A stretch of DNA of 64,000 bases from a virus. Lineage: Duplodnaviria; Caudoviricetes. Location: positions 7,375 to 71,374 of the IMG/VR virus record IMGVR_UViG_3300012956_000019. One strand, written 5' to 3'. The notes under the pieces are model-generated. The model saw nothing but the letters and a program-made list of their open reading frames with translations, was not told where the DNA came from and searched no databases. How positions within the stretch are numbered: position 1 is the first letter of the stretch; every line of letters starts with the position of its first letter. A program made the translations under genes and the position numbers. Below, piece by piece: positions 18,261 to 29,491 of this stretch.

Positions 18261-21200
18261 TTATGATATAATAATTGGTGGTTCATCTTCAACAATTTCC
18301 AATGATTCCAACACAATATTAAAATCTGATCTTTTTGATATTCCTATTATTAAAAAATTAGTTATTTCATCTAAATCAATTATATTTGCTGGCATAAATA
18401 AATTATATTTATCCAATAATTCTAATTGTATTAATGGAATTGTTTTTAATTCCTTAATATTTAATCTATATTTAGAATAAAAATCATATAAATTATCAGC
18501 AACCAATTTAGCTATATGTTCATTCTGAATCAGTATACTATTTATGTCCATTATTTTTTTAAGCCATCCAGTGTATCCTGCTTTTTTATCACCATCATCT
18601 TCAATTATTAAACTTCTATATTCAACTTTTACAGCATCATAAAAATGTTCCCAATTAACTACATCTGGTTTTTCAGTTAATACATTTTCATCCCAAGTCA
18701 AATCTATTGTTCCATTGTATTCATCTCTTTTAATAAATCTGATAAATCTTTCTGAGTGAATAATATACATACAATTAGAAAATAATGCCAATTCATTTAT
18801 TATATTTCTAATATTTTCAACAGATGAAAAATTAGCAACTTCAATTCTTTGATAAAATTCAGTTGAATATTCCCACAAACTATATTCCTTGTCTTTTGAA
18901 ATTCCATAAATATTTCCATTTTCATCATCAAAAGATAAATCAACATTGCCCCACTCTTTATTTCTTGGCTCACCTTCTTTTGTAAGTGTTATAGCATTGG
19001 TGCCTGAATCATATTCAGCCTTAACTAAAAATCCAATTTTTTCTTTGTGTCTTTTGCTTTCAGCAAAACAATAAACAAATCCATCAAATGAATTATAAAT
19101 AAAATCTTTATAACTATATGAAGCATCAAAATTAAAATTATCACCAGTTCTTGAAGGATATAAAATTTCACTTGTTAAGTCTAAAACAAAATAACACCAT
19201 TGATATGGAAATGTGTCTGTGCTTTGTCTATTAAATAAACAACCGTGAATTGTATTTTCAGCAATATTTAATACCATCCATGTTGGCATATATCTGGACA
19301 TACCATCTCCACTTGTATTATCAGCTATGCTGTCCCAAATCACTCTTTCTCTTAATTGACAATTGGTGTGTGTTGGTGTGGCTAAATATGATGTACACTT
19401 CATCCAAACATAATAGAAATCACCAAATCCATGATCTTCTGTTTGCCAATCATTTGGTATTGAAAAGGAAATTATTTTATCATCATCCTTAAATCCATTT
19501 CCAACATTAGGTAAATTAACAAATGTAGTACCGTTCCAATATTGATAATCATATGTATTAGCATTATCTTCAAGATTCATATAAATTTGTCTAATTTTTT
19601 TAATTGAACCAAATATTACAGAATCATTTGTTGCTTGAAAAATAGTACCTAATGGTGAACCAGCATTTGCTAATGTTGTTTTATCATTATAAATTCCTGT
19701 TCCAGCATTATAATAAGCAACATTTCCAAAATCACCAACTTTAACATTCAATTTCAATTTTGTTATGTAACTATATGCTGGAATTGCAGCATCACTTGCT
19801 CCAGTTCCTGTTGCTCTGTCACCCCACACTGTATATCCTAAATAAAATATTTCATTATCACTATCATAATGATGACTAATTGGATGGTGTTGTTCATTAT
19901 AACTTTTCCACCCTAATTTAGTCAAATTTTTCATACTATATAAATAATAACATATATTGCTATCTGAATCTTCATTTCTTTTAACAATATAAATATCAGC
20001 ATCATTTCCAACTTTATCTATAACAATCAAATTGCCTTTTTGATTATAATCTATTAACAAATTCATTGGTTGATCACTTACACCAATACCACTATTTTCT
20101 ATACACAAATAATTATTTTTAGCATTATATTCTGGCCCATTTTTATCAACAAATAAACCACCTTCATTAAAAATAGAATGAAATAAAAATGACATATAAC
20201 CAGATAAATCATCTGCTAAATCAATCATTATAGCACAAGATGCATCAGTGTCACCTGCTCTATATATCCTTAATATTTGTTCAAATGGAACACATAAATT
20301 TTCACTGCCTCTATTTATAGATATGCTTCCACCACCACTATTATTCCAACCATGACCTATAACATCAGTGTAAGATGCTCCATTATAATATCTGCATCCA
20401 TTTCTAAGTGCTTTCAATCCATCATATAAAAATGATGTTCCATTTATTAGTGTTAATGTTTCTGTTCCTAAATCATATGAATGAAAAAAACCAACATAAT
20501 TCACCTGACTGACATAAGGCAAAATTGGTTTTTGAATAAATTCTGAATATATATACAACAGTCCATCATCTTTACTTATCCAGAATTTTTTAATAAACAT
20601 ATATTGTTCAGCAATAGGATATTCATATTTCACTGAAACAACAAGTTCCCAAGTGCCTGTTATATGACATCTCCATATATCTGTTTTAGTTGCTATATAA
20701 ACATATTTATTTGTACTATCAATAACAACACTTGATGGATTATACAAGTAATTTCTTTTTGGTGGTTTGCCCCAAATATTAAAATATCTATTTGCTTTTA
20801 TTATTTTTAAGTCAGTCAAATATCTATCATCAGTGGTGTAATTAGCTTGATCCAAAGTAAGTTCAAGCAACTGTTTTATAGTTATATTTTGATACCATAT
20901 TGATGGTGTTAAAGTTCCATTAACATCTTTTATAACAACTTCATCAATAGCATCTTTTGTATAAATCTTATCTTGGTAAAATTTTAATTGTAAATAATCA
21001 CCTGTTTTGCCCCTAAGTCTTAACACTTTTTTCAATTCTTGAATTTTAGGTGAATCAACCCATGTGGTGTTAGTTATTTTTATCATATAACCTTTGAATG
21101 ATTCACCATCATTAGTTCCTATATTATTCATTGTCCAATTACTTAAATCATTCCATTTCAGTATTCCACTTTGAGTCAGTCCTGATGTTCCATCAACAAA

Positions 21201-22610
21201 TCCACTATTTGCAAAATTCATTACAACAGAAAATAATATGCCACCTTGACTGTATTGAAAATCATATACATTTCCAGCATCACCACCACCATCTAAACTT
21301 AATAACATTTCCATTGCCCAAAACTTTTCTGGCGCAATAATAAATAACACATCATCAACTTCATCAAATAAATCAGTATTCAAATCAAGTTTATATCCTT
21401 CATTGACCAAATCTGTTATATCTGTATATACATCCAAATCTGAATCCCACTTTACTATTCTGGCAAAATGTATCTTAATACTTTCTGATATTCCACCATC
21501 ATAAGAAATTTTTGGTTCACCATATTCTGTTACAACTTTATCACCAGCATCAACAACATTTTCTAATACATTCATCCAAACTTCCATATCCAAATCAGGA
21601 AATGAATTCAATTCATTTTGTTTACCAAAATTCAGAGTAATAAATAGAACATCACCACTACCATCTTTGGCATATATTCTTTTGTTTCCTTCAGCATCTA
21701 AATCTGTATTTACAACATCAGTCCAAGCCCCATTGTCCCATTTGAATGAATTTGGATACATAAATTCCAACTTTTTAACACCTGGTGTTGTATCAATAGA
21801 AACACTGACAACACTAACACCAGATAATGGATTTGTGGATACAAATGGCTTGTACTCTATTTTTTTCACACCAACTTCACTATCTGTTGATGGTGTGAAT
21901 TCAACTATTTCAATGCCTGATATAATTGACAAATCCTTATTAACTGTATCAGTAACATTAAATGATGAATATCTTTCCAATTCTTTACTATGTCCCAGTG
22001 CTCTAAAAAAATATGTTTTGTTATAATAATCTGGTTGTGAATCAGTCAATGATAATATTCCACCAAAATATATCATATCTGGCTGACTTGATGCTTTGAA
22101 TTTTAATAAATATTTAACATAAAATATATCACCATCATCAATCAATCCTGTTTTAGTTTTATTTGAAAAATATCCATCTTTATTATCAACAAAAAAGTCT
22201 AATTTACCTGAATCAAAATTATTAAGTTTAACACCTTCAACTTTATTAACAACATCACTTATTCCATCTTTCAATAATCTATCTGTAATATCAATTTTTA
22301 ATGATATATTTGAATTCAAAAATACTGATGAAATCAATGCTATTGTAAAAATTATGGTTGTCTCATCTGTTCCAGAATTGTATGATATTGTGTCTATTAT
22401 ATTTCCATTGGAAAAGTCTATGTTTGGAAACAATATTTCATCACCTGAGCTCAAATAAATGGTTAAATCACCATTCATTTTTATTGTTGTAGTTGAAACT
22501 ATTTCAATAACAGTACTCTGATCAAATAACTTGAAAAGAAATATATTTTCAATTATGAAAATATTATTATTTTTTTGAATATTTAATGAATTAGCATTAA
22601 GTGTTTTCAT
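18261..22610 (-). CDS. large tail tip/hub (Tal-like) protein
   Basis: 1449 aa beta-rich ORF directly after the tape measure; C-terminal FIRFIKRD...YDAVKV hub-like segment. Confidence 0.6.
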   Translation of the reverse strand: MKTLNANSLNIQKNNNIFIIENIFLFKLFDQSTVIEIVSTTTIKMNGDLTIYLSSGDEILFPNIDFSNGNIIDTISYNSGTDETTIIFTIALISSVFLNSNISLKIDITDRLLKDGISDVVNKVEGVKLNNFDSGKLDFFVDNKDGYFSNKTKTGLIDDGDIFYVKYLLKFKASSQPDMIYFGGILSLTDSQPDYYNKTYFFRALGHSKELERYSSFNVTDTVNKDLSIISGIEIVEFTPSTDSEVGVKKIEYKPFVSTNPLSGVSVVSVSIDTTPGVKKLEFMYPNSFKWDNGAWTDVVNTDLDAEGNKRIYAKDGSGDVLFITLNFGKQNELNSFPDLDMEVWMNVLENVVDAGDKVVTEYGEPKISYDGGISESIKIHFARIVKWDSDLDVYTDITDLVNEGYKLDLNTDLFDEVDDVLFIIAPEKFWAMEMLLSLDGGGDAGNVYDFQYSQGGILFSVVMNFANSGFVDGTSGLTQSGILKWNDLSNWTMNNIGTNDGESFKGYMIKITNTTWVDSPKIQELKKVLRLRGKTGDYLQLKFYQDKIYTKDAIDEVVIKDVNGTLTPSIWYQNITIKQLLELTLDQANYTTDDRYLTDLKIIKANRYFNIWGKPPKRNYLYNPSSVVIDSTNKYVYIATKTDIWRCHITGTWELVVSVKYEYPIAEQYMFIKKFWISKDDGLLYIYSEFIQKPILPYVSQVNYVGFFHSYDLGTETLTLINGTSFLYDGLKALRNGCRYYNGASYTDVIGHGWNNSGGGSISINRGSENLCVPFEQILRIYRAGDTDASCAIMIDLADDLSGYMSFLFHSIFNEGGLFVDKNGPEYNAKNNYLCIENSGIGVSDQPMNLLIDYNQKGNLIVIDKVGNDADIYIVKRNEDSDSNICYYLYSMKNLTKLGWKSYNEQHHPISHHYDSDNEIFYLGYTVWGDRATGTGASDAAIPAYSYITKLKLNVKVGDFGNVAYYNAGTGIYNDKTTLANAGSPLGTIFQATNDSVIFGSIKKIRQIYMNLEDNANTYDYQYWNGTTFVNLPNVGNGFKDDDKIISFSIPNDWQTEDHGFGDFYYVWMKCTSYLATPTHTNCQLRERVIWDSIADNTSGDGMSRYMPTWMVLNIAENTIHGCLFNRQSTDTFPYQWCYFVLDLTSEILYPSRTGDNFNFDASYSYKDFIYNSFDGFVYCFAESKRHKEKIGFLVKAEYDSGTNAITLTKEGEPRNKEWGNVDLSFDDENGNIYGISKDKEYSLWEYSTEFYQRIEVANFSSVENIRNIINELALFSNCMYIIHSERFIRFIKRDEYNGTIDLTWDENVLTEKPDVVNWEHFYDAVKVEYRSLIIEDDGDKKAGYTGWLKKIMDINSILIQNEHIAKLVADNLYDFYSKYRLNIKELKTIPLIQLELLDKYNLFMPANIIDLDEITNFLIIGISKRSDFNIVLESLEIVEDEPPIIIS

Positions 22611-25600
22611 CAGTCAAATCTCTTTTTTAATTTCACAAATGCTGGTTCAACATGTTCTTCAACAACTTTCTCCCAATATTTTTTATCATTGACAGATGGA
22701 TTATTTACAACAACACTAAAATTATAATTTGAAGTGCCATATCGTTTTCTGTCTGATCCTTTTCTCATAGCTTCATTATATTTATCATCATTTGCTCTGA
22801 CTATTCTTGCTGGTACAACTAATTCATCTTTATGTACAATCATCTTTCCTGTCTTCTTAACATCAGCACCAACTGCTCCAGCAGGACTGGCTGGCATTGC
22901 TGTTGCAGCACCCATTACAGCACCACCAATAACACTACCAACTGGGCCAAATAAACTTGCTACCAATTTGAAAAATAGCTTTGTAATTTCAGCTTGAAGT
23001 GCTTCCATAACAGCATTTAGAAAAGCATTTTTCATAGCTATCCAAACAGCATCCAAATCATTTTTAGCCTCTCTTGCTCCAATTACATATTTTGACCACA
23101 TAGCATTCCAACCTGCCCATACAGCATTGGATGTTGCTGTGGCCATATCTTGTATTGATAAAAACAACACTCTGTTTCTTTCCAATTCCCTATTGGTGAT
23201 TTGTTGTTTAACATCTTCCATTTGTAAAAGAATGTCAACATAATTGTCTGACCATTCCTGAGTAAGTTCTAATTGTTTCTGTAAATACAAATAATATTCT
23301 TCAAGTGCCTTGCCATCAAAACCTTCTTTGTCTTGATTAAACATCTCAATGCCAAACTTCATTTTATTAACAGCAGGTGCATTTATCATATCTGTTGTAG
23401 CATTGATTGCATCTACAATTGATGACCATTCATCAGTGTATTTCTTACCAGCATCCTCAAGTGCAATCCTTTTATTGTCAAGTGTTTCTTTCCAAGCAAT
23501 TAAATCTTCACTGTTTAATTTCAAGTTGTATTTGAATTCATTATTCTTTTTGTCCATATTCTTTCTGAACCACTTGTCTGAAATATCCTTTTTGCCTTTT
23601 TGATATTTATCTTCAAGTGCCAAACCACTTTCAACAGCTAATTTATCAACATTGTCTATCTCTTGTTTGGATGCTTTCAAATCAACAAGTTTCTGTTTTT
23701 GTTGTTTAGAATAAAATTCCAAATCAGCTTGTTCCATCTTATATTTGGCTTCATAATATTTCAATTCAGCCTCTTCAGAATCATCAACAAATTGTTCTAA
23801 TATGGACAATTGATTTTCCATACTTTTCTTTTTCAACTCATAAATTTCTCTTTCAAGCTGTTCCACTCTTGATTTTTCTTCATCTGTTGGAATGCCATCT
23901 GGCTCAGCATATATTGGCTCAATTTTATCTGGTGGCTTGATTCCCTTTTCTTTAACATCCTTCAGTTCCTGTTCCTTAGCAAGTATTTCAGTTTGAAGTT
24001 CCAATTGTTTTCCAGCCATTCCTGTAACATCTGAATAAACAGCATTCAATTTATCTAATTCAGGAACAGTTCTCATCAATACATCTAATCTTTTTTGTTC
24101 ATTAGTTCCTAACTTGCCATTGTTTTCACTTTGTTTTTGTAACAGTTCATTTCTTTCATCTTCTAAATTTGTTATGCTATTGGACAATATTTCTTGGTCA
24201 CCCATGATTTTATTTGAACCATCTTGATCAATTAAAATCCTTTGTAGATTTTGTCTAAATTCTTCAATATTATAAACACCTTTTTTTGTCCAATCACTCA
24301 TGCTTTTCATAGTTTCAGGCAACATCTGACTCAAGTTCACTGATTTATCTAATTTGGTCAGTGATGTACCAAATATCTTTGAAAATTCAGTTTCTGTATT
24401 TTTAATATCACTATTTAATACCCTTAAATCAGTTTTGGCTTTTGTTATATCAATTCTCAGTTCCAATTCCCTTAATTTTGCTTTTTTCTGATACAAACTT
24501 TCCAATTGTTCTGCTGTTTCTTTGGATGTCACTTTTAATCTGCTAAGTGCTGTGTTGTAATCATCTGTTGAAGAAATAAGTGATGGATATAAAACTTTGA
24601 TTTTATTGAAAGCACTCTTTTGAGCTTCAACCTGTTGCGTTGTTTTATTTTGTGTTTCAGCTAATTTAACATATGAATCAATAACCTCTTTTTGTTTTTC
24701 CTTTTGTTGTATCAGCCTGTTGTTATTTTCTTTTAATCTTGCTACACTTTCAGTCAATGTATCATTGTGTTTTTGTTGGGCATTTGTTATTGATCCAAAA
24801 GCAACAACCAGTGCTGTAACAGCTATTGATACACCAACCACCCATCCTAATGATACATAAAATGCTGTTCCAAGTGCTGTAACTGAAGCAATCAATGTTG
24901 GTATTTTAGCAACTAATAGTGCCATTGGTCCAACTATGAGCCCAAATCCTGTGGCTACAGCCAGTGTATTTGATAATATTGTTTTGAATACTGGTGATAA
25001 ACTATTAAATGCTTTAACAACATTTGTTAAAGTGAACTGAAGTGTTCTTAAAATAGGTTGTAAACTTTTGCCGATCTGAATGGCTGTTTCCTGCATTGCT
25101 GATTCTAATAATTTCCATGACCCTTTGAATGTATCAATTTGAATTTTTGACATCTCTGATGCCTTAGATGTGCCTGTAATTTTTGTTTCCATTATATCTA
25201 ATGCATCTGAGCCTTGTCTGATAAGTGTAGCAAAAGCACCAGCACTTCTTACATCAAAAATCTTAGCAAGTTCATCACCTTTATCTATGGCACCAGCACC
25301 AGCATTTTCAAAATTCTTTATAATTTCAACCAAAGAATGCATCTGTGGATTTACATCATCCAAACTTAATCCCATGGACAATATAGCATCTTGTGCCTCT
25401 TTAGTTGGCTTTTGTAATCTTACCAAGCCTTGTCTCAAATAAGTTCCTGCCTGGCTTGCTTGAAAGCCAGCATCATATAACATACCAAGTGCAGCAGTTA
25501 TTTGTTCAAGTGGAATATTTAATTGTGCTGCCTGTGTTGCTACATACTTCATTGAATCCCCAATTCTTTCCATTGTAGCTTGTGACCCTGATATTACAGC

Positions 25601-26143
25601 AGAAAACAAATTGGCAACCCTTGTTGCTTCTGTGGCTTCTAATTGGTATGCATTTAATGTTGATACCACTATTCTTGTTGTTTCAGCCAAGTCATACTGT
25701 GTTGCAGCAGCAAGGTCAAGTGTACCTTTTAATGCTCCCATGACCTGATTAGCATTATAGCCAGCTGAAGCCAGATAATACATAGCATCTGCTGCTTGTG
25801 ATGCCATAAAGATAGTTGTCTCACCCATCTTTCTTGCATATTTCTCCAAGTCATCCATTTCTTTTTTGGTAGCACCTAAAACAGAAAATGTGTTTGCCAT
25901 GCTTTGTTCAAAACCAGCAAACACACTGTTTATTAAATAACCAAATCCAGCCATAGCACCAGCAACAATTGTAGTTGTCTGACCAAATTTTCTCATCTGT
26001 TCAGAACTTGAGCCCAGCTGATTAACAAATCCCTTTATATCATTTTGAGCTTGTTTTAATCCAGCTTGTAATGAAGCATAATCTGCTTTAATACCAACCC
26101 AAAGTTCCTCAATATATTTTTTTGTTCCACCAGTGTCAGGCAT
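22610..26143 (-). CDS. tail tape measure protein (TP901-type core)
   Basis: FEQSMANTFSVLGAT...ARKMGETTIFMASQAADAMYYLASAG core; long coiled coils; hydrophobic segments. Confidence 0.92.
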   Translation of the reverse strand: MPDTGGTKKYIEELWVGIKADYASLQAGLKQAQNDIKGFVNQLGSSSEQMRKFGQTTTIVAGAMAGFGYLINSVFAGFEQSMANTFSVLGATKKEMDDLEKYARKMGETTIFMASQAADAMYYLASAGYNANQVMGALKGTLDLAAATQYDLAETTRIVVSTLNAYQLEATEATRVANLFSAVISGSQATMERIGDSMKYVATQAAQLNIPLEQITAALGMLYDAGFQASQAGTYLRQGLVRLQKPTKEAQDAILSMGLSLDDVNPQMHSLVEIIKNFENAGAGAIDKGDELAKIFDVRSAGAFATLIRQGSDALDIMETKITGTSKASEMSKIQIDTFKGSWKLLESAMQETAIQIGKSLQPILRTLQFTLTNVVKAFNSLSPVFKTILSNTLAVATGFGLIVGPMALLVAKIPTLIASVTALGTAFYVSLGWVVGVSIAVTALVVAFGSITNAQQKHNDTLTESVARLKENNNRLIQQKEKQKEVIDSYVKLAETQNKTTQQVEAQKSAFNKIKVLYPSLISSTDDYNTALSRLKVTSKETAEQLESLYQKKAKLRELELRIDITKAKTDLRVLNSDIKNTETEFSKIFGTSLTKLDKSVNLSQMLPETMKSMSDWTKKGVYNIEEFRQNLQRILIDQDGSNKIMGDQEILSNSITNLEDERNELLQKQSENNGKLGTNEQKRLDVLMRTVPELDKLNAVYSDVTGMAGKQLELQTEILAKEQELKDVKEKGIKPPDKIEPIYAEPDGIPTDEEKSRVEQLEREIYELKKKSMENQLSILEQFVDDSEEAELKYYEAKYKMEQADLEFYSKQQKQKLVDLKASKQEIDNVDKLAVESGLALEDKYQKGKKDISDKWFRKNMDKKNNEFKYNLKLNSEDLIAWKETLDNKRIALEDAGKKYTDEWSSIVDAINATTDMINAPAVNKMKFGIEMFNQDKEGFDGKALEEYYLYLQKQLELTQEWSDNYVDILLQMEDVKQQITNRELERNRVLFLSIQDMATATSNAVWAGWNAMWSKYVIGAREAKNDLDAVWIAMKNAFLNAVMEALQAEITKLFFKLVASLFGPVGSVIGGAVMGAATAMPASPAGAVGADVKKTGKMIVHKDELVVPARIVRANDDKYNEAMRKGSDRKRYGTSNYNFSVVVNNPSVNDKKYWEKVVEEHVEPAFVKLKKRFD

Positions 26144-26453
26144 TGGTTGCTTCTTTCTTTTTAATTTTACTTTCCATCACTCTTTTGATTTTATTCCTTG
26201 CCTTTTCACTCATCTTCATACCTGGCAAAGACATTAATTCATACAATCCACTTCCAGTTGACTTTCCATCTTTGTTGCCATCATTGGAAATATTAACATT
26301 TGTGTTATTGTTGCCTTTATTTCTGTCATAATCCTTTTGAGCTTTGTCCTGTAATTCTACAATTTCAGTTTGACCTTCCAACAATACTCTGACCTGTCTT
26401 CTGGTCAACTTCATTATGTATTCAATTGTCCATCCATATTTTTCTGCAAGCAA
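26136..26453 (-). CDS. tail assembly chaperone, downstream (GT-like) part
   Basis: LAEKYGWTIEYIMKLTRRQV...LL typical of GT C-termini; lies in the -1 frame of the upstream chaperone. Confidence 0.65.
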   Translation of the reverse strand: MLAEKYGWTIEYIMKLTRRQVRVLLEGQTEIVELQDKAQKDYDRNKGNNNTNVNISNDGNKDGKSTGSGLYELMSLPGMKMSEKARNKIKRVMESKIKKKEATNA

Positions 26454-26473
26454 ATGTACATAACCTTTTAAGG

Positions 26474-26887
26474 TTATTTTTGGGTTGTCAGGTTTGCTTT
26501 TGTCATTGCTGAGTTCATTTCTTGCAGTTCTGATAAAAAATCATTTACATCCATAACAATTCTAACTGCTTTGGCCATTACTCCAAGTGAAAATGTTTTC
26601 TTTATTTCATCAACAGTCAATTCTGGATGCATTCTTTTCAGTGATATGAGTAAAATTTCAGCACCATTCTGAGTGTTCTCTGGTGTCCATTTAGTCATAT
26701 CAGCACCTTCAAAAAATACATTTAATTTAGTCATCAAATTTGGAATTTCTTCAAGTGGTGCTGGTGTGAAATGAAATTTCTTAATGTCCTGCTTGCCATC
26801 TGATGTTAATCCAACCAACACTGACATCTCTTTTCCAAATCCCAAAATGTCTTTTATCTCTTGTTTTTCATCAACCATGTTATCCAT
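26474..26887 (-). CDS. tail assembly chaperone (G-like)
   Basis: Between tail tube and tape measure; 137 aa, helical. Confidence 0.7.
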   Translation of the reverse strand: MDNMVDEKQEIKDILGFGKEMSVLVGLTSDGKQDIKKFHFTPAPLEEIPNLMTKLNVFFEGADMTKWTPENTQNGAEILLISLKRMHPELTVDEIKKTFSLGVMAKAVRIVMDVNDFLSELQEMNSAMTKANLTTQK

Positions 26888-27013
26888 AATTTTTTCCTTT
26901 ACCTGTTCCTGTTTTTACCTGTTTTTATTATAAGTGAACTGTTGCTTCAAATGTTACAGGCATGCATCATCCACAACAGTCCACCAATTGGCACCAGCAG
27001 GCACCATTCTTAA

Positions 27014-27463
27014 TTAACTAACATCACCAACATCAATAGTTGCTACAGAGCCATCTGTGTCTGCTTCAATACTGAAATCAAAGTTAGGAATCAAATGTCC
27101 ATCTCTAACAAATGCTAAAGACAACTTTGTTGACCTAACTTTTTTGAAAGTAACCACAAAAGAAACACCATCTGTGATGAGTGTAACTTCCATCTGAAAT
27201 GTTGAAGGCTTGCTTGTATCAGTTATTGCTACTGAGTCACCTGTTCTGGTGCCACCCAATAACTTCTCAAGTGCCAATGCTGTTAAGTCAGCAAATTCAG
27301 CATTCCCTGTTATTTTACCTGTATGAACTCTAACATCTTGTGGAAATGTGCCATTGCCACAATATAACTCAGCAACACTGAAACTGAAATCCATGCTTAC
27401 ATTCTGTAAACATCCTATTTCATCAGCACCTAATTTCATTGTTGCCATTCCAAAGTGTATCAT
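27014..27463 (-). CDS. major tail tube protein
   Basis: 149 aa beta-rich (IGCLQNVSMDFSFSVAELY...KITGNAEF); GAGG RBS; canonical position; no sheath gene. Confidence 0.75.
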   Translation of the reverse strand: MIHFGMATMKLGADEIGCLQNVSMDFSFSVAELYCGNGTFPQDVRVHTGKITGNAEFADLTALALEKLLGGTRTGDSVAITDTSKPSTFQMEVTLITDGVSFVVTFKKVRSTKLSLAFVRDGHLIPNFDFSIEADTDGSVATIDVGDVS

Positions 27464-27489
27464 TTTGACCTCACTGTTTTAGTTTGTGT

Positions 27490-27969
27490 TTAATTATTAC
27501 ATTGTATTATTTCATCATCAAGAACAACTTCAAATATTAAGTTTTTTGTATGAACTTCTTTTAATTCATCAGTGGTTTTCAACCCTGATATTTTGTTAAT
27601 CAACCTACATCTTAATTTTTTGCTTGGTACAGCAAGATTTAGTGATGATGGTTTCTTATTCAACAAATACTCTATTCTGGCTGTCAAATTATCTAATGTT
27701 GTTTGGGCATATGCCATATCCTTTTTGACATGTCCACTAACTGTCAACTGATATTTTTGTGTTGGTATTAACAAATCAGTTTCATATTCATCTACTTCAA
27801 AAGTCACCTGTGGAAATTCAGCACCCATCTCAAGCCTTGGTCTGTTAATATTATCACCAACATAAAAATTCATTTCTCTCATTGTATAGCCAGTGTTTGC
27901 ACTGTCTTCAGAAAGTATTTTGTAAACAGCTTCCAATAGGATATTTGTTTTTGATTCTTTAACATTCAT
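27490..27969 (-). CDS. tail terminator/completion protein
   Basis: Position before tail tube; AEFPQVTF motif. Confidence 0.6.
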   Translation of the reverse strand: MNVKESKTNILLEAVYKILSEDSANTGYTMREMNFYVGDNINRPRLEMGAEFPQVTFEVDEYETDLLIPTQKYQLTVSGHVKKDMAYAQTTLDNLTARIEYLLNKKPSSLNLAVPSKKLRCRLINKISGLKTTDELKEVHTKNLIFEVVLDDEIIQCNN

Positions 27970-28472
27970 TTGTATATCTCTAATTTGTAAGCATCAATTA
28001 TCATTTTTATTATTTCTGCTTTTTTATTAGCCAAAGCATCAGTCAAGAATGGTCTTTTGCCATCCTCTCCATGTGCTTTACCACTTCTTTGAGCACCTAT
28101 TTTCATCAACTTAGTTCCTTCATGAACATATATAGCATAATCAACATTTGTTCCATATCTGCCTTCAATAGCTGTAAATGTAAATTTGTCCAACTTGTTA
28201 GTTATTGTTCCAATCATTCTATTATGGTCAATTGGATTTTTCCAATAAACATTACCTCTAACAAGCCTGATTGATTCAGCTTCTAACACTATCAATGCTG
28301 ACTTAAATCCAGCTTTCAATTTCATATTAGATTTACTGCCATAATTTGCTATGGCATTTATAACAGCATTTGTATTCTTAACTTGAAATCCAAATGAACC
28401 ACCTGCTGAACCTTTGAAACCTTTTGGTACACTTGGCATTATGGCTCCACAATGGTGGCATATATCTGCCAA
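27966..28472 (-). CDS. HK97 gp10-like tail component
   Basis: GTNVDYAIYVHEGT...KRPFLTDA signature. Confidence 0.8.
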   Translation of the reverse strand: MADICHHCGAIMPSVPKGFKGSAGGSFGFQVKNTNAVINAIANYGSKSNMKLKAGFKSALIVLEAESIRLVRGNVYWKNPIDHNRMIGTITNKLDKFTFTAIEGRYGTNVDYAIYVHEGTKLMKIGAQRSGKAHGEDGKRPFLTDALANKKAEIIKMIIDAYKLEIYK

Positions 28473-28786
28473 TGACTATTATCAACACCACCAGGCAAAT
28501 CATCTATGTAATCAATTTTATATTTCTTCAATGAAACTGTATCCTCAACAACATCACCAACTTCAATTGTTATTCCAATTATAGGCTTGCAAAATATTAA
28601 ATGTGAACTTGAATTCATCACACCAGTTTGATTTCCATAATCAAATGATGACCTTTTATTGGTTGTTATCCTAACTTTAACAGATGTTGCAATATTCACC
28701 AAATTATTACTAACATCACCTGATGTATTCTTTATATTGGAATATCTTTTAATGTTTGCTAATCTATTTAACAACCTATCTAACAT
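28439..28786 (-). CDS. head closure/head-tail adaptor
   Basis: 115 aa beta-rich; IEVGDVV...YKIDYI; canonical position. Confidence 0.65.
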   Translation of the reverse strand: MLDRLLNRLANIKRYSNIKNTSGDVSNNLVNIATSVKVRITTNKRSSFDYGNQTGVMNSSSHLIFCKPIIGITIEVGDVVEDTVSLKKYKIDYIDDLPGGVDNSHWQIYATIVEP

Positions 28787-28789
28787 TCA

Positions 28790-29410
28790 TTACACTCCAT
28801 TGGCATAATATTCTTGTGCCCTTTTAATCATTGGAAGTAAGATTTCATCATATTCACTTTTTATATTCATGAAAGATAAATCAAATGTTTCACTGTAATC
28901 ACCTATTCTAACTGCTTTCAATCCATCACCTTCAGCTTGAGTGTCTTTAATTTTTGCCCATTTTGCTGCCATAAGTGTAGCAATTTGAGCAATTATTTCT
29001 GGCACTGTTGCATACCCATGTGTGTAAGTGACTTTGACTGAATTAAATCCCTTTTTGAATTCACCTAAACAACCTGAAACAATTGAATTTACCTTTTTTA
29101 TCAATTGAATAATTCCTGTGCTTTTATCAACCACATATGAATCAATGGATAGAACTGTGGGTGTGGATGATTGAGCATCATTAACAAGCTCAGAAACACC
29201 AATTATTGGAAAATTATTTAATATCAGTTCATCTTGATTTGACTTTCTAATATCATAATATTCAATGACATCTTGGCTCTGTTCAAATCCAGTCCACTTA
29301 ATATTTGCTTTAATCCAATTGTTAATTGTTTCTTGCATTTCTGCTGTTATATCAGTAACAACAACACCTGCTAAATTAGATGCCTTTGTCACATCACCAT
29401 AAAATGCCAT
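28790..29410 (-). CDS. head-tail connector (gp6/gp15-like)
   Basis: VKVTYTHGYATVPEIIAQIATLMA...VRIGDYSETF pattern. Confidence 0.75.
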   Translation of the reverse strand: MAFYGDVTKASNLAGVVVTDITAEMQETINNWIKANIKWTGFEQSQDVIEYYDIRKSNQDELILNNFPIIGVSELVNDAQSSTPTVLSIDSYVVDKSTGIIQLIKKVNSIVSGCLGEFKKGFNSVKVTYTHGYATVPEIIAQIATLMAAKWAKIKDTQAEGDGLKAVRIGDYSETFDLSFMNIKSEYDEILLPMIKRAQEYYANGV

Positions 29411-29491
29411 TTAATTATTCCTTTTTTCTTTGTGCTAAAAATATGTTTAACAAAGTGTTTTCCAAAACAAAATTATTCATTTACATACTTG

